This document shows, in pieces, positions 1 to 12,914 of a DNA stretch of 43,138 nucleotides (within the stretch, counting starts at the first letter, position 1; each line of letters opens with the position of its first letter). This DNA is from Octopus bimaculoides. Its lineage: Eukaryota. Under the pieces are notes generated by a model. That model was given only the letters and a program-made list of their open reading frames with translations. It did not search any database and was not told the DNA's origin. Where the stretch lies: contig NC_068982.1 of NCBI RefSeq assembly GCF_001194135.2, forward strand, positions 183,447,957-183,491,094, read 5' to 3'. The position numbers and the translations under genes were made by a program.

Positions 1-59
1 GGAGGGAGGGAGGGAGGGATGATATATCAAAGGATTATGATGCAATATTTAAGCTTCAC

Positions 60-428
60 TATCATCTGGAACTGCACCATCCAATACTATCTCATTACCA
101 CCCTCGGCACCCCCATCATCATAAGCACCATCACACCACTACCATTCCCATCACCATCATCATGGTTATCATCCCCACCATGACTATCATCATCAGCAGC
201 AACATCACCATTACCCCTATCACTATCATGGCTATTATCATCACTATCATCATCACCATCACCACTACCCCCATCATCATCATTACCTTAACCATCACCA
301 CCATCAAGATCGTTATCATCACAATCATCATCATCACCACACCATCACTATTATAACCATTATCATCATTCTCATCATGATCATTACCAACATTATCATC
401 ACCATCATAAACATCACCAGCACCACCA
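60..428. repeat. Degenerate (ATC/ACC)n low-complexity tract
   Basis: Read directly. It explains the Ile/Thr-rich and Met/Val-rich pseudo-ORFs. Similar CAC/TAC tracts occur at about 1480-1590, 3500-3620 and 7530-7850. Confidence 0.9.
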
Positions 429-1377
429 NNNNNNNNNNNNNNNNNNNNNNNNNNNNNNNNNNNNNNNNNNNNNNNNNNNNNNNNNNNNNNNNNNNNNNNN
501 NNNNNNNNNNNNNNNNNNNNNNNNNNNNNNNNNNNNNNNNNNNNNNNNNNNNNNNNNNNNNNNNNNNNNNNNNNNNNNNNNNNNNNNNNNNNNNNNNNNN
601 NNNNNNNNNNNNNNNNNNNNNNNNNNNNNNNNNNNNNNNNNNNNNNNNNNNNNNNNNNNNNNNNNNNNNNNNNNNNNNNNNNNNNNNNNNNNNNNNNNNN
701 NNNNNNNNNNNNNNNNNNNNNNNNNNNNNNNNNNNNNNNNNNNNNNNNNNNNNNNNNNNNNNNNNNNNNNNNNNNNNNNNNNNNNNNNNNNNNNNNNNNN
801 NNNNNNNNNNNNNNNNNNNNNNNNNNNNNNNNNNNNNNNNNNNNNNNNNNNNNNNNNNNNNNNNNNNNNNNNNNNNNNNNNNNNNNNNNNNNNNNNNNNN
901 NNNNNNNNNNNNNNNNNNNNNNNNNNNNNNNNNNNNNNNNNNNNNNNNNNNNNNNNNNNNNNNNNNNNNNNNNNNNNNNNNNNNNNNNNNNNNNNNNNNN
1001 NNNNNNNNNNNNNNNNNNNNNNNNNNNNNNNNNNNNNNNNNNNNNNNNNNNNNNNNNNNNNNNNNNNNNNNNNNNNNNNNNNNNNNNNNNNNNNNNNNNN
1101 NNNNNNNNNNNNNNNNNNNNNNNNNNNNNNNNNNNNNNNNNNNNNNNNNNNNNNNNNNNNNNNNNNNNNNNNNNNNNNNNNNNNNNNNNNNNNNNNNNNN
1201 NNNNNNNNNNNNNNNNNNNNNNNNNNNNNNNNNNNNNNNNNNNNNNNNNNNNNNNNNNNNNNNNNNNNNNNNNNNNNNNNNNNNNNNNNNNNNNNNNNNN
1301 NNNNNNNNNNNNNNNNNNNNNNNNNNNNNNNNNNNNNNNNNNNNNNNNNNNNNNNNNNNNNNNNNNNNNNNNNNNNN

Positions 1378-1441
<64 letters not shown>

Positions 1442-1999
1442 CTTTATACTTAACACCAGCATTTCCATCTCCAGTCACAATACGACTTCCACACCACCAC
1501 CACCAACACTACTATTACTACCGCCCACACGCCACTATCACTATTACCTCACACCACCACTACTCCATACCGCCATCACCACCTTTCCTACAGTGTAAAC
1601 CAGGGAAATAAAATAAATGTTATTGGTGGAAATTGACTGAGATGTGGACTGCTTGTCACACATGAGGAAATAGTTAGAATGCTTGAGAGTAAGGGAGAGA
1701 CAGAAATAGAAAGAGAGAAGGAGAGAGAGAGAGAGAAGAGCAGCGTGAGGGGTAGGAGAGATGTCTCTGAGTGTAAGCACATGCAGACAGACTGGCAGAC
1801 GGCAGTTGTGGAGTGGGGCGGAGGGGGAGAGATGAAAAGAGGAGGACAGGTGACTCTTACTTGGAGATGCTGGCAAACACAAGAAGTGTGTGCACATGTT
1901 TGTATATACACACACACACACACACATTCATGCATTCACACAGAGGCATGTATACAGATACATATACGGGTTAAATGATTATGATAATGATGATGATAT

Positions 2000-2268
2000 G
2001 GGCTGCGTGTTGTGCTCTTGAGCAAGACACTTTATTTCACGTTGCTCCAGTTCATTCGTCTCTAGAAATGAGCTGCGACGTCACTGGTGCCAAGCTGTAT
2101 CGGCCCCTTTGCCGTTCTCTTGGATATAACATCGGTGGCGTGGAGAAGAGAGGCTGGTATGCATGGGCGACTGCTGGTCTTCCATAAACAACCTTGCTTG
2201 GACTTGTGCCTCAGAGGGGAACTTCCTAGGTGCAATCCCATGGTCAGTCATGACCGAAGCGGATTTTT
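2000..2268 (+). mobile_element. 5'-truncated SINE that shares the family C core but has a different tail
   Basis: gagcaagacactttatttcacgttgctccagt matches the core of 5514-5840. The downstream sequence does not. Confidence 0.65.
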
Positions 2269-2270
2269 AC

Positions 2271-2678
2271 TCTTTTTATTCCTTCATTCTTTCACTTGTT
2301 TCAGTCATTTGACTGTGGCCATGCTGGAGCACTGCCTTTAGTCGAACAAAGTGACCCCAGGACTTATTCTTTGTAACCCTAGTATTTATTCTATCAGTCT
2401 CTTTTGCCGAACCGCTAAGATACAGAGACATAAGCACACCATCCGTTGTCAAGCAATGGGGGGGGGGAGTCAAACACAGACACACATATACATATACACA
2501 TATACATATATNNNNNNNNNNNNNNNNNNNNNNNNNNNNNNNNNNNNNNNNNNNNNNNNNNNNNNNNNNNNNNNNNNNNNNNNNNNNNNNNNNNNNNNNN
2601 NNNNNNNNNNNNNNNNNNNNNNNNNNNNNNNNNNNNNNNNNNNNNNNNNNNNNNNNNNNNNNNNNNNNNNNNNNNNNN

Positions 2679-2714
<36 letters not shown>

Positions 2715-2881
2715 TCAACCGGCTTCTTTTCAGTTTCCATTTACCAAATCCATTCACAAGGCTTTGGTCAGCCTGAGGCTATAGTAGAAGACACCAGCCC
2801 AAGGTGCCACGCAGTGGGACTGAACCCACAACCATGCAGTTGGGAAGCAAACTTCTTACCACACAGCCATGCCTGTGCCTA
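2271..2881 (-). mobile_element. tRNA-derived SINE, family B, with an internal TA/CA microsatellite and a gap
   Basis: The reverse-complement head ggcacaggcatggctgtgtggtaagaag...gggttcagtcccactgcgtggcacc has A-box-like and B-box-like motifs. The tail is ...gctccagcatggccacagtcaaatgactgaaacaagtg. Confidence 0.85.
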
Positions 2882-2931
2882 TATATAATTATTATACGTA
2901 TATATACATACATACACACACATATATAGAT

Positions 2932-3082
2932 ATCATCATCATCATCATCATCATCGTTTAACGTCCGCTTTCCATGCTAGCATGGGTTGGACGATTTGAC
3001 TGAGGACTGGTGCAACCGGATGGCTACACCAGGCTCCAATCTAATTTGGCAGAGTTTCTACAGCTGGATGCCCTTCCTAACC
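2932..3082 (-). mobile_element. 5'-truncated (GAT)n-tailed retroposon, family D (SINE or LINE 3' end); young copy
   Basis: I count only 4 differences from 42944-43095 over about 128 nt. A probable TSD, atatcatcatcatca, lies at 2930-2944 and 3083-3097. Confidence 0.85.
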
Positions 3083-4214
3083 ATATCATCATCATCAATG
3101 ATATATTAAAAATCCATCATGGTGTCCTCCACTCAAGCATGTGTGCAGGGGTCTCTCTTGGTATGGGGCTCTCTCTTAGTGCAGGGCCCAATTTGAACAA
3201 ATCTGCCTAATTGGCTTAAAACTAGCTTTGATGGTAACCAATAGTAACACATTGACAATGGCATAATAATACCAATTGTAACCAATGGCAACTCAACACC
3301 ACAATGGCTACCAATGGTTGCCAAAATTGTGTCTGTCATGGAAAAATAACTGAAAGTCCAACAAGAGAAGCATTTATTCACTACCGCCACTATACAGGTG
3401 ATGACAGAGAGAGCGCAAGTTCAATTTTGTGGGGAGGGCATGTTTGAAGAAACCTACTCACTCACTTCATCTCACACCACATACCACACCACGTTGAGTG
3501 GCTACTGATGGTGGTGGTGGTGGTGGTAGTAGTAGTATAGTAATAGTAGTAGTATAGTAGTAGTAATAGTAGTAGTAGTAGCAGCAGCAGTAGTAGTAAT
3601 GGTGGTGGTAGTGGTATCATGAATGCTAGAAGTGCGAAACAAATTCTGAAAATAGTTAAAACACGTAAAATTGTGACAAACACACACACACATATATATA
3701 TAGGTTCTATAGCTGTGATTTCCAGTTGATAGCAAATGAAGGCAGTGGGTGTCTGTGCATGCAACAGTGTTTGTATATGTGTGTGTCTATATCCCACAGA
3801 GCAAGCTGCATGTAAAATATATAATTGTCTATATAAAAGAAAGAGACAGAGAGAGAGAGATACTTTGATATCACATGCTGAGAATGACTGTTTAATCATA
3901 TCTATATATATACACACACATATATATATATATATATATGTGTATGTATGTTTGTCTGTATGTATGTATGTACGTACGTATGTATGTATATGTTTTCTTA
4001 ATGACTTGACTTAAACTTAATTGGCTTCAGGTAAGGGGGTGAGCAAGTGGAGAGTAAGGGGCACTTCCTAAGAAACATCACAACTATGTACAGAGGGAAG
4101 TATTGTGTTGGTGGTGGTGGCGGTGGTGGTGATGTTAGTGGTGGAGTAAGAGTGTGGAGGAAATGTATGCAGTTATAAACAAGACATTTGGGTGTGTGTA
4201 GGTTTGTGTGTCAT

Positions 4215-4385
4215 TGTTGTTTAGCCCCAGGTCAGACCCTTTAAGGACCAAACATATAATCAAAAACAATTCCAGTGGCAAACATCCCATCTTTTAGGTG
4301 GTACCTAGGACAACATTATCTAATATATCCTTCACTCCCTGATAGGCTGTGACTTGAGGGAGATTTGGCTACTGTTTCTAGTAAT
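4215..4385 (+). repeat. Unclassified interspersed repeat with a diverged relative at about 17730-17840
   Basis: Shared blocks are aaaaac(a/g)..ttcca....g...ac(c)atc(c/t)catcttt and a(c/t)ctagg...a.at.atc. Confidence 0.35.
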
Positions 4386-4486
4386 GTGTATATGTCTATG
4401 AAGGACAAATAGTCTAGTAAATAAAGTTTTATACTACCTGCCTACATATATATATATATATATAAATATATATATATAAATATGTA

Positions 4487-4542
<56 letters not shown>

Positions 4543-5382
4543 CAGGGTGCGGTGAATAAACTTTCGTCTAAATTACACAAAAATGTAAAAACACTGACAT
4601 CTCATTTTAACAGATATATTTACCAAAATTACATAAAAATATCTCGAAATACTAACTAGTAAATGTCTTCGATAAATCGTCTTTGGCATCAAAGACGACT
4701 TCGAAATTTCCTGCAACTCTTCTGGACAGTCTCTTTGTTTAAGTTGGTGAATGCTGCCATAATCCTTGCCTTCAATTCATCTTGGGTGTTACAAGGAGTT
4801 TTCTTGGTCTCTCACTCAACTGTACCCCTCACATAATAATGAATGGGTTACAGTCTGGGGAGTAAGGTGGCCAGATGTTAGGAGTGATGTGGTCACAGAA
4901 ATTGTTTGACAGCTATGAATGAGTTCTCCTGTTTCTGTGGCATGTTGTCAAACATAGGGTCTTCCAGCAGCCACTCTCTTGACCCATGGCAGTACTACCT
5001 CCTCCAGGCACCTGATGTAGGCCTCCGTGTTGAGTCTGAGGCCATGTGGGAAGACGGATGGAAGCATAACATCGCCATCACTAGTGATCTCTCCAAACAC
5101 CATGATGTTCACTGGTTGTTTGATTTTTATCACTCTCAGTACATGTCCTCAGATTGACACCCAAACACTCTGAAATGTTCGTATTAGAGCTTCCGGCGCG
5201 AATGCCAAGCAGTACAGCATGTCGTTTCCAAATTTCTAGCAGAATGAATTGCATCATGGTGCTGTTTTTCTCACAGATGGTGACCAGCTGATCTTACTAT
5301 ACTGTGCAGTTGATAAAATCAGAAACAAACAATGCGCGAAATTAAAAGTATGAAATGGCAACAATCTACCCATTACACCCAG
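4543..5382 (-). mobile_element. Tc1/mariner-superfamily DNA transposon, internally deleted and inactive
   Basis: Begins TA|CAGGGTG. The other end (reverse complement ctgggtgtaatgggtagattgt) is an imperfect TIR. Minus-strand transposase remnants are KQPVNIMVFGEITSDGDV...LEEVVLPWVKRVAAGRPYV and DHITPNIWPPYSPDCNP (about 4845-4873), with stops and frameshifts. The N-terminal part is joined directly to the catalytic region near 5150. Confidence 0.9.
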
Positions 5383-5473
5383 TTCTCTTTGCCATATATA
5401 TCGCACATGGATTCTATTTACATATATTTTTGTGATTATTTATGTATAATTATATTTTTTTAAATGTATGTTG

Positions 5474-5513
<40 letters not shown>

Positions 5514-5839
5514 GCAAGTAGCACATCAGTTACAACAAGGATTCCAGTTGATTTGATCAATGGAACAGCCTGCTCATAAAATTAACGTGCAAGTGGCTGA
5601 GCACTCCACAAACAAGTGTACCCTTAACATAGTTCTCAGGGAGATTCGGTTGTGACACAGAATGTGGACAAGGCTGGCCCCTTTGAAATACAGGTTCTAC
5701 TCATTTTTTGCCTGTTGAGTGGACTGGAGCAACATGAAATAAAGTGTCTTGCTTAAGGATACAATGCGTAGCCAGGAATTGAACTCACAACCTTATGATT
5801 GTGAGCCGAATGCCCTAACCACTAAGCCACATGCCTTCA

Positions 5840-5840
<1 letters not shown>
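5514..5840 (-). mobile_element. tRNA-derived SINE, family C
   Basis: The reverse-complement head has an A box TGGCTTAGTGG (5819-5829) and a B box GTTCAATTCC (5775-5784), followed by a non-tRNA core (gcaagacactttatttcatgttgctccagtccactc). Confidence 0.85.
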
Positions 5841-5877
<37 letters not shown>

Positions 5878-7849
5878 NNNNNNNNNNNNNNNNNNNNNNN
5901 NNNNNNNNNNNNNNNNNNNNNNNNNNNNNNNNNNNNNNNNNNNNNNNNNNNNNNNNNNNNNNNNNNNNNNNNNNNNNNNNNNNNNNNNNNNNNNNNNNNN
6001 NNNNNNNNNNNNNNNNNNNNNNNNNNNNNNNNNNNNNNNNNNNNNNNNNNNNNNNNNNNNNNNNNNNNNNNNNNNNNNNNNNNNNNNNNNNNNNNNNNNN
6101 NNNNNNNNNNNNNNNNNNNNNNNNNNNNNNNNNNNNNNNNNNNNNNNNNNNNNNNNNNNNNNNNNNNNNNNNNNNNNNNNNNNNNNNNNNNNNNNNNNNN
6201 NNNNNNNNNNNNNNNNNNNNNNNNNNNNNNNNNNNNNNNNNNNNNNNNNNNNNNNNNNNNNNNNNNNNNNNNNNNNNNNNNNNNNNNNNNNNNNNNNNNN
6301 NNNNNNNNNNNNNNNNNNNNNNNNNNNNNNNNNNNNNNNNNNNNNNNNNNNNNNNNNNNNNNNNNNNNNNNNNNNNNNNNNNNNNNNNNNNNNNNNNNNN
6401 NNNNNNNNNNNNNNNNNNNNNNNNNNNNNNNNNNNNNNNNNNNNNNNNNNNNNNNNNNNNNNNNNNNNNNNNNNNNNNNNNNNNNNNNNNNNNNNNNNNN
6501 NNNNNNNNNNNNNNNNNNNNNNNNNNNNNNNNNNNNNNNNNNNNNNNNNNNNNNNNNNNNNNNNNNNNNNNNNNNNNNNNNNNNNNNNNNNNNNNNNNNN
6601 NNNNNNNNNNNNNNNNNNNNNNNNNNNNNNNNNNNNNNNNNNNNNNNNNNNNNNNNNNNNNNNNNNNNNNNNNNNNNNNNNNNNNNNNNNNNNNNNNNNN
6701 NNNNNNNNNNNNNNNNNNNNNNNNNNNNNNNNNNNNNNNNNNNNNNNNNNNNNNNNNNNNNNNNNNNNNNNNNNNNNNNNNNNNNNNNNNNNNNTATATA
6801 TATATATATAGTGTAGCGTTTGCTTATGACCTGTGTATGTAATGTAGATAGTAGCTGGGGCTGTAACGCATGGGGCTACTTGATCTAGTATAGTAAAGTT
6901 TATGTAGTAGTATAAACTATAGTATGTAGTGGTACAGTGGTTATATATAGCAGGATACAGTGTTGCTAATAGGCAGTAATGTCATGTATGATGGAAACAA
7001 CAAAAACAATGTGGGATTAACTATTACCTCTCCGTATTATTAATACTGCCTCTGTCACTAATGAATATATTTGAACAAGAAAAAAAATGTCCTTTCTTAG
7101 GCAACAGGGATTGTTTACGGTATGTGTACGCAAATAATCATGTGTGGATGTCTATACAAGCACGTGTATGTGAGTGTGGGGGTGTGTCTGTAGGTGTATG
7201 TAGGCGTGTGTGTGTGTGTGTGTGCACACATGCATGTGGGCGTATATGACAAAAGAGGAAGTTGTCTCACTACATTGAAGGGGTTGATTAGTGACAGAGG
7301 GAAGTGTGAGTGTTGATGATGACAGTGGTAATAGCGGTGGTGGTGTTCGTAACACTGGGTCAAACAGGAGGAAGTACATTCTTACTTTACACCTACCCAC
7401 ACACCAACTATCACAACGCTGTACTGTACGACATAATATACCACCAACTATAGCCCATACACATCATACACACACACACACACACATACACATTCTCATC
7501 CATACCAACTCACACACACCACTCAGGCATTGAACTATGCCACCACTACCACCACCACCACCATCAAAGCACTTCTAACAATATACTTCCACAATACCAA
7601 CACAACGAGAGCACCACTAGCACTGCATCCCCAACTACAACACCATCACATAAGCACTACTACCATAAAAACACCACTACAACACCACTGCAGAATCACG
7701 AACACTATATACTATCACCACACCAGCATGACAGTATCACTATAAACATACTACCACAACACTACTACAACACTGTGCGCTGTAAGCCATACTTTTGTAA
7801 CCATACCACTTCTGTCATCACATCATACCACTATTACTACCATCCATAG

Positions 7850-8070
7850 AGGCAGAAAACTGGCAGAAGCGTTAGCATGCAGGGCGAAATGCTTAGCGGT
7901 ATTTCATCTTTCTTTATGTTCTGAGTTCAAATTCCGCCGAAGTCGACTTTGCCTTTCATCCTTTTTAGGGTCGATAAATTAAGTACCAGTTGCGTACTGG
8001 GGTCGATCTAATCAACTGGCTCCTTCCCCCAAAATTCTGGGCCTTATGCTTGGAGTAGAAAAGATTATTA
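7850..8070 (+). mobile_element. tRNA-related SINE, family A
   Basis: Contains ctggcagaagcgttagc...gagttcaaattccgccga (B-box-like)...gcctttcatcct...gtcgataaattaagtacc...gtagaaaag. Related copies occur at 15674, 26813 and 38595. Confidence 0.85.
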
Positions 8071-8246
8071 CCGTCCACAGCTCACCACGGTAAACATTAC
8101 ATTTCACCTAATCACCAGGTCAGCAAGAATGAATTGAAAGACCCCCCCCCCATTTACCCCATAAAAAGGGAATTCAATCCTTGGAATCTGTTAGCGATAG
8201 GGGACAGGACTGTTTGTGATTTTGTAATATGACCTANNNNNNNNNN

Positions 8247-8589
8247 TAGCGGTATTTCATCTTTCTTTATGTTCTGAGTTCAAATTCCGCCGAAGTCGAC
8301 TTTGCCTTTCATCCTTTTTAGGGTCGATAAATTAAGTACCAGTTGCGTACTGGGGTCGATCTAATCAACTGGCTCCTTCCCCCAAAATTCTGGGCCTTAT
8401 GCTTGGAGTAGAAAAGATTATTACCGTCCACAGCTCACCACGGTAAACATTACATTTCACCTAATCACCAGGTCAGCAAGAATGAATTGAAAGACCCCCC
8501 CCCCATTTACCCCATAAAAAGGGAATTCAATCCTTGGAATCTGTTAGCAATAGGGGACAGGACTGTTTGTGATTTTGTAATATGACCTA
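8247..8589 (+). other. Probable assembly artefact: a 343-bp duplicate of 7894-8236 across a 10-N gap
   Basis: The copies are identical apart from one substitution I found (8196 G versus 8549 A) and are separated by exactly 10 N. Confidence 0.85.
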
Positions 8590-8930
8590 AGAGAGGGGTG
8601 CTGACGTAGGATTAGATTTGACAAGTTGCATGGACATCAAAGACAACCCACAGAGGTAGCAGTAGCAGTAGCTCTGTAGCTCTAGCAGCAGTAGTAGTAG
8701 TAGTAGTTCATAATTCTGAACAATTCAAAAGGAGTGAGAAGGACGGAGAGCGACAAGATGTGCAGAAAAGTAAATGCCTTATATCAACAGTAAGCTGTCC
8801 CAACATAGAAACAAACAATGAACAGGAAATGAAAGAAAAAGCAATTCATAGATAGAATTGTTAGCAAATATGCTTTGTAAGCACATCTCACCATCCAACT
8901 CCACATTAACAAAGGATTTTACAATTCCAG

Positions 8931-8967
<37 letters not shown>

Positions 8968-8997
8968 GTTATCACTATTATTACATATGTATGTATA

Positions 8998-9379
8998 TGA
9001 CTTGTTTTAGTCATTAGACTGTGACCATGCTGGGGCACCATCTTCAAAAATATTTAGTCAGATGAATCAACCCCACGACCTTCTTTTTTTTGTCTTTTTT
9101 GTAAGCCTGATACTTATTCTATCAAACTCTTTTGCCAAACTGCTAAGTTACAGGAACATAAACACACCAACACCAGTTGTCAAGCAGTGATGGGGTACAA
9201 ACACACACACACACATATGTATACAATGAGCTTCTTTCAGATTCCGCCTACCAATTCCACTTACAAGGCTTTAGTCTACTTGAGGCTATAGTAGAAGACA
9301 CTTACCCAAGGTGCCACACAGTGAGACAGAACCCAGAACCATATGATTGAAAAGCAAGCCTCTCATCACACAGTCACAC

Positions 9380-9382
<3 letters not shown>
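8998..9382 (-). mobile_element. SINE family B copy
   Basis: Collinear with 2271-2881 (gaggctatagtagaagacac..cccaaggtgccac; ttttgcc.aac.gctaag; gactgtg.ccatgctgg). Confidence 0.8.
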
Positions 9383-9421
<39 letters not shown>

Positions 9422-9692
9422 NNNNNNNNNNNNNNNNNNNNNNNNNNNNNNNNNNNNNNNNNNNNNNNNNNNNNNNNNNNNNNNNNNNNNNNNNNNNNNN
9501 NNNNNNNNNNNNNNNNNNNNNNNNNNNNNNNNNNNNNNNNNNNNNNNNNNNNNNNNNNNNNNNNNNNNNNNNNNNNNNNNNNNNNNNNNNNNNNNNNNNN
9601 NNNNNNNNNNNNNNNNNNNNNNNNNNNNNNNNNNNNNNNNNNNNNNNNNNNNNNNNNNNNNNNNNNNNNNNNNNNNNNNNNNNNNNNNNNNN

Positions 9693-9945
9693 CCATGCTA
9701 GCATAGAAATTGGATGTTAACTGATGATGATGACAGCTATGTATCCCTTCCACAACAACAAAGCTGCTCCTGTCCTTCTCATCAAACTTTAAACACTCAA
9801 CACTCATAAAGTTACCTTCATACTGGCATGCTTTAGATGGTTTATTGATAGGATCCAATGAATATGAAGACTGCATCATGCTTCAATGTCTTCTTCAGCA
9901 TGATTTCTACAGCTGGGTGACCTTCCTAACAGCAACCACTTCACA
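9693..9945. mobile_element. Two short family D remnants in opposite orientations (tail at 9693-9742 on +; core at about 9870-9945 on -)
   Basis: ccatgctagcatagaaattggatgttaactgatgatgatg on +, and tttctacagctgggtgaccttcctaacagcaaccac, which matches the minus-oriented copies. Confidence 0.55.
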
Positions 9946-11194
9946 GCATGTACATATGTGTGTGTGTGTTGGTGCATTGTATGCATGTGTGTGTGTGTGT
10001 GCATGTGTGTATATGCATGTATGTATCAATATTATCAAAATTATTTAAAATTGCATCCCATAGTGGGGCTCTGGTTTAGAAGTTCCAGGGTTTTGAAGAA
10101 CAAGGAACTACCTCTTAGTCACTATTGTTCCCAGGTCCACTCTGACCCAGAAAAGTAGCACCTGTCAGCATCCAAGCTATGGGTTAACTAGCACATGAGC
10201 ACCAGGATACAGAAATGCTCAAGTTGGTGTCCAAGGGTGCAGTCATCCTGCTGGTCTCTGTTAAGGCACCTCCCTAGGAGAAGGCTAAGTCATATACAAA
10301 ACCCACCATTCTACTGATCCAGATATCTTGCACTTTGCTTGTCTCTGGGCCTTTTGGTATTGTTAGTGAGAGTCACTGTAGTGTTGTACAGGTATAGCTG
10401 ACACTTACCTCTCAGCATTGGTCATGCTTGTCTAACGAGTCAGCAGCCATCATCAACAGTAACTGGAATTTGTAATCTATACAAACAACAACTTCTACAG
10501 AATTCACCTCCATTGATGAGCGCAGATGATTGCAGTGTGAGAAAAATAGTGTGGAATCTAGCTATAATTTACAATATTCAGGTATCACGCATGACGGATC
10601 TCATATCAGGTTTGATAAAGATTGTTCCACTTGTTCTGTCGAGTGAAAAACTTGTTCATTGAATTATATAGCCAAAGTGGCTGTGTATTCCACAGATACA
10701 TGTACCTTGAACATAATCTTGAATCATAATCAGCAGGACAGTGGCTGGTTGACTTACAAGTATAATCCATCTTGTTTTATAGTATATATCCTTAATCTAG
10801 TCCTTAACTAGAATCAGTGAAATAGTATTGGACTAGACTGGCCCTTAAATTAAATGTACAGCCCATCTTATAAACATTCCAGATGTTTCACTTCTTTATA
10901 TAGACACACACACACACATATATACATAGTTAATTGAAAATTAATATTTATCATGTGACTCAAGTTTCATGCTACCTCAATCTTCATGCAGGAACATGTA
11001 TATATCATCATCATTATTATTTTAACATCCACTTTTCCATGCTTGCAAAAGTCAGAATTTGTTGAAACATATTTTCTAGAGTCACATGGCTTACCTGTTG
11101 CCAACCTACATTTGTTTCCAAGTAAGGTAATATTTCCCCATGGGCCGATAATTTTTTCTAACAAAATTATCAAGGAAAGATACTGCTTGTCTGA

Positions 11195-11410
11195 TGGCAA
11201 TGATTGTTTACAACTCAGCCTCCTGTGCTGGTGGCACATAAAAAGCACCCACTATGCTCTCGGAGTGGTTGGCAATAGGAAGGGCATACAGCTGTAGAAA
11301 TATTGCCAGATCAGAGTGGAGCCTGGTGCAGCTGCTGGCTCTCCAGACCTCAGTCAACCCATCCAACCCATGCCAGCATGGAAAATGGACGTTAAATGAT
11401 GATGCTGATA
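11195..11410 (+). mobile_element. Family D retroposon, older copy
   Basis: Contains aaaagcacccacta...gtggttggcaataggaagggcatacagctgtagaaa...ccaacccatgccagcatggaaaatggacgttaaatgatgatg. Confidence 0.8.
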
Positions 11411-11519
11411 ATTGCTCAATGTCAAGGCAAGAAGATACAAACATGCACACCCCCCTCCAAAACATGCACATTTACACACATATGCATATACATACACACA
11501 CACATACACATATGATAAG

Positions 11520-11672
11520 CATCTTTCGGTTTCCATCTATTAAATCTACTAACAAGGTTTTGCTAAGCCTGAGACAATAGTAGAAGACACTTGTCCAAGA
11601 TACCACACAGTGGAACCAAACCTGAAACCATGTAGTTGGGCAGTAAACATCTTAACACAAAGCCATGGCTAT
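11520..11672 (-). mobile_element. SINE family B, head half only
   Basis: Contains agcctgagacaatagtagaagacacttgtccaagataccacacagtggaacc...agccatg. Confidence 0.75.
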
Positions 11673-12331
11673 GTTTAGGCTAAGTCTCGTATGTGTATGC
11701 ACACATATGTGTGTGTGTATGCATCTGTGTATCTGAGTGTACATATTTTATGCAGCCATTAAAATTGCAAGTCGCATATGCTTATTTGTGTTTGCAAGTA
11801 AGTGAGGATGTACAAATGTTCGTGAAAAAGCATACACACATATATACAATATCTACATATATATAAACGCACACATATACATACACATAATAAACCAAAA
11901 TAAGAAAAGGGAAGAATTTCACTAATTTGGAGATTCTGTGAATTTTGCGTCATGGAAACAAAAATGCCAGGATTGCTGTCATTTGTTAATCTAAATCTGA
12001 GGCTTAAGAAAAATGGATTAAATGGTTGACAGGAAAGAAGACAATAGAAATACATACAGAGAAATGGTAATATTCCATCATCACCTCAGAGTTGATCTAT
12101 GGTTAGATATATGTATTAGACATTCGATGATCAGCAGACATAAGTGCATGTGCGTAGCATGCAATATCGTGTGCATGACATGTATATATATATATATATA
12201 TACACACATACATGTATGTTGTTGTGTATTGATTAGTATGTGTGTGAGTATCATGTGTATGAAAGAGATAAGAGAGAGATAGAGAGACGAAAATAATTAG
12301 AAAAAGAAATTTATAGAAACAGATACAGAGG

Positions 12332-12372
<41 letters not shown>

Positions 12373-12382
12373 NNNNNNNNNN

Positions 12383-12432
<50 letters not shown>

Positions 12433-12534
12433 GCAGAGAAGTAGACAAAAATACATAATACCTAGAGGCATACACAAACATACATACATACATACACACA
12501 TACATGCACACATACATACATACATCAGCAGCAA

Positions 12535-12860
12535 CTGTCCAAAGATGTCCACAAGGTAATACTTTTCCTTGAGACATGGCATTGTTGCCAAAACTAAACA
12601 TGATGTTATCTGCAAGAAGGATTCTCCTGGCACTCACACAGAAAGCAGAACAGAAATGAGAATGTATCCATACTGTTAAAAATAAGGAATACTACAAGAA
12701 CGTTCCAATAAAAATAACACGCCAAGGCAAACACAACAGACATGATCTTGTTCTTTGGGACAGGGAACGAAAATCATGCATTGTTGATGAGGTCACTTGT
12801 CCAGCAGATGTGAATGTCTCACTTAAAATTTTAGCAAAAGAGAACATTTAGGGGAAACTA
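12535..12860 (+). mobile_element. C-terminal fragment (Cys/His motif and restriction-like endonuclease) of an R4/Dong-like LINE
   Basis: Translates as CPKMSTR*YFSLRHGIVAKT...KNVPIKITRQGKHNRHDLVLWDRERKSCIVDEVTCPADVNVSLKILAKENI. This fits the C..Y..RH.V and (P)D..D/E..P.D.N...KE motifs of RLE-type LINEs. Confidence 0.7.
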
Positions 12861-12914
12861 ATGCAGAAAATACATCTCATGTCCTATTTTTGTACCTTTT
12901 CTTTTGTACCCTTT

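Noticed and set aside
5760-5840. tRNA-like sequence with A and B boxes (also the heads at about 2800-2880 and 17845-17930)
   Set aside because: Each continues into a multi-copy non-tRNA body and lacks a proper acceptor stem, so these are SINE heads and not tRNA genes.
7894-8589. Tandem SINE duplication as a biological event
   Set aside because: A near-identical overlap across a 10-N placeholder gap is better explained as an assembly artefact.
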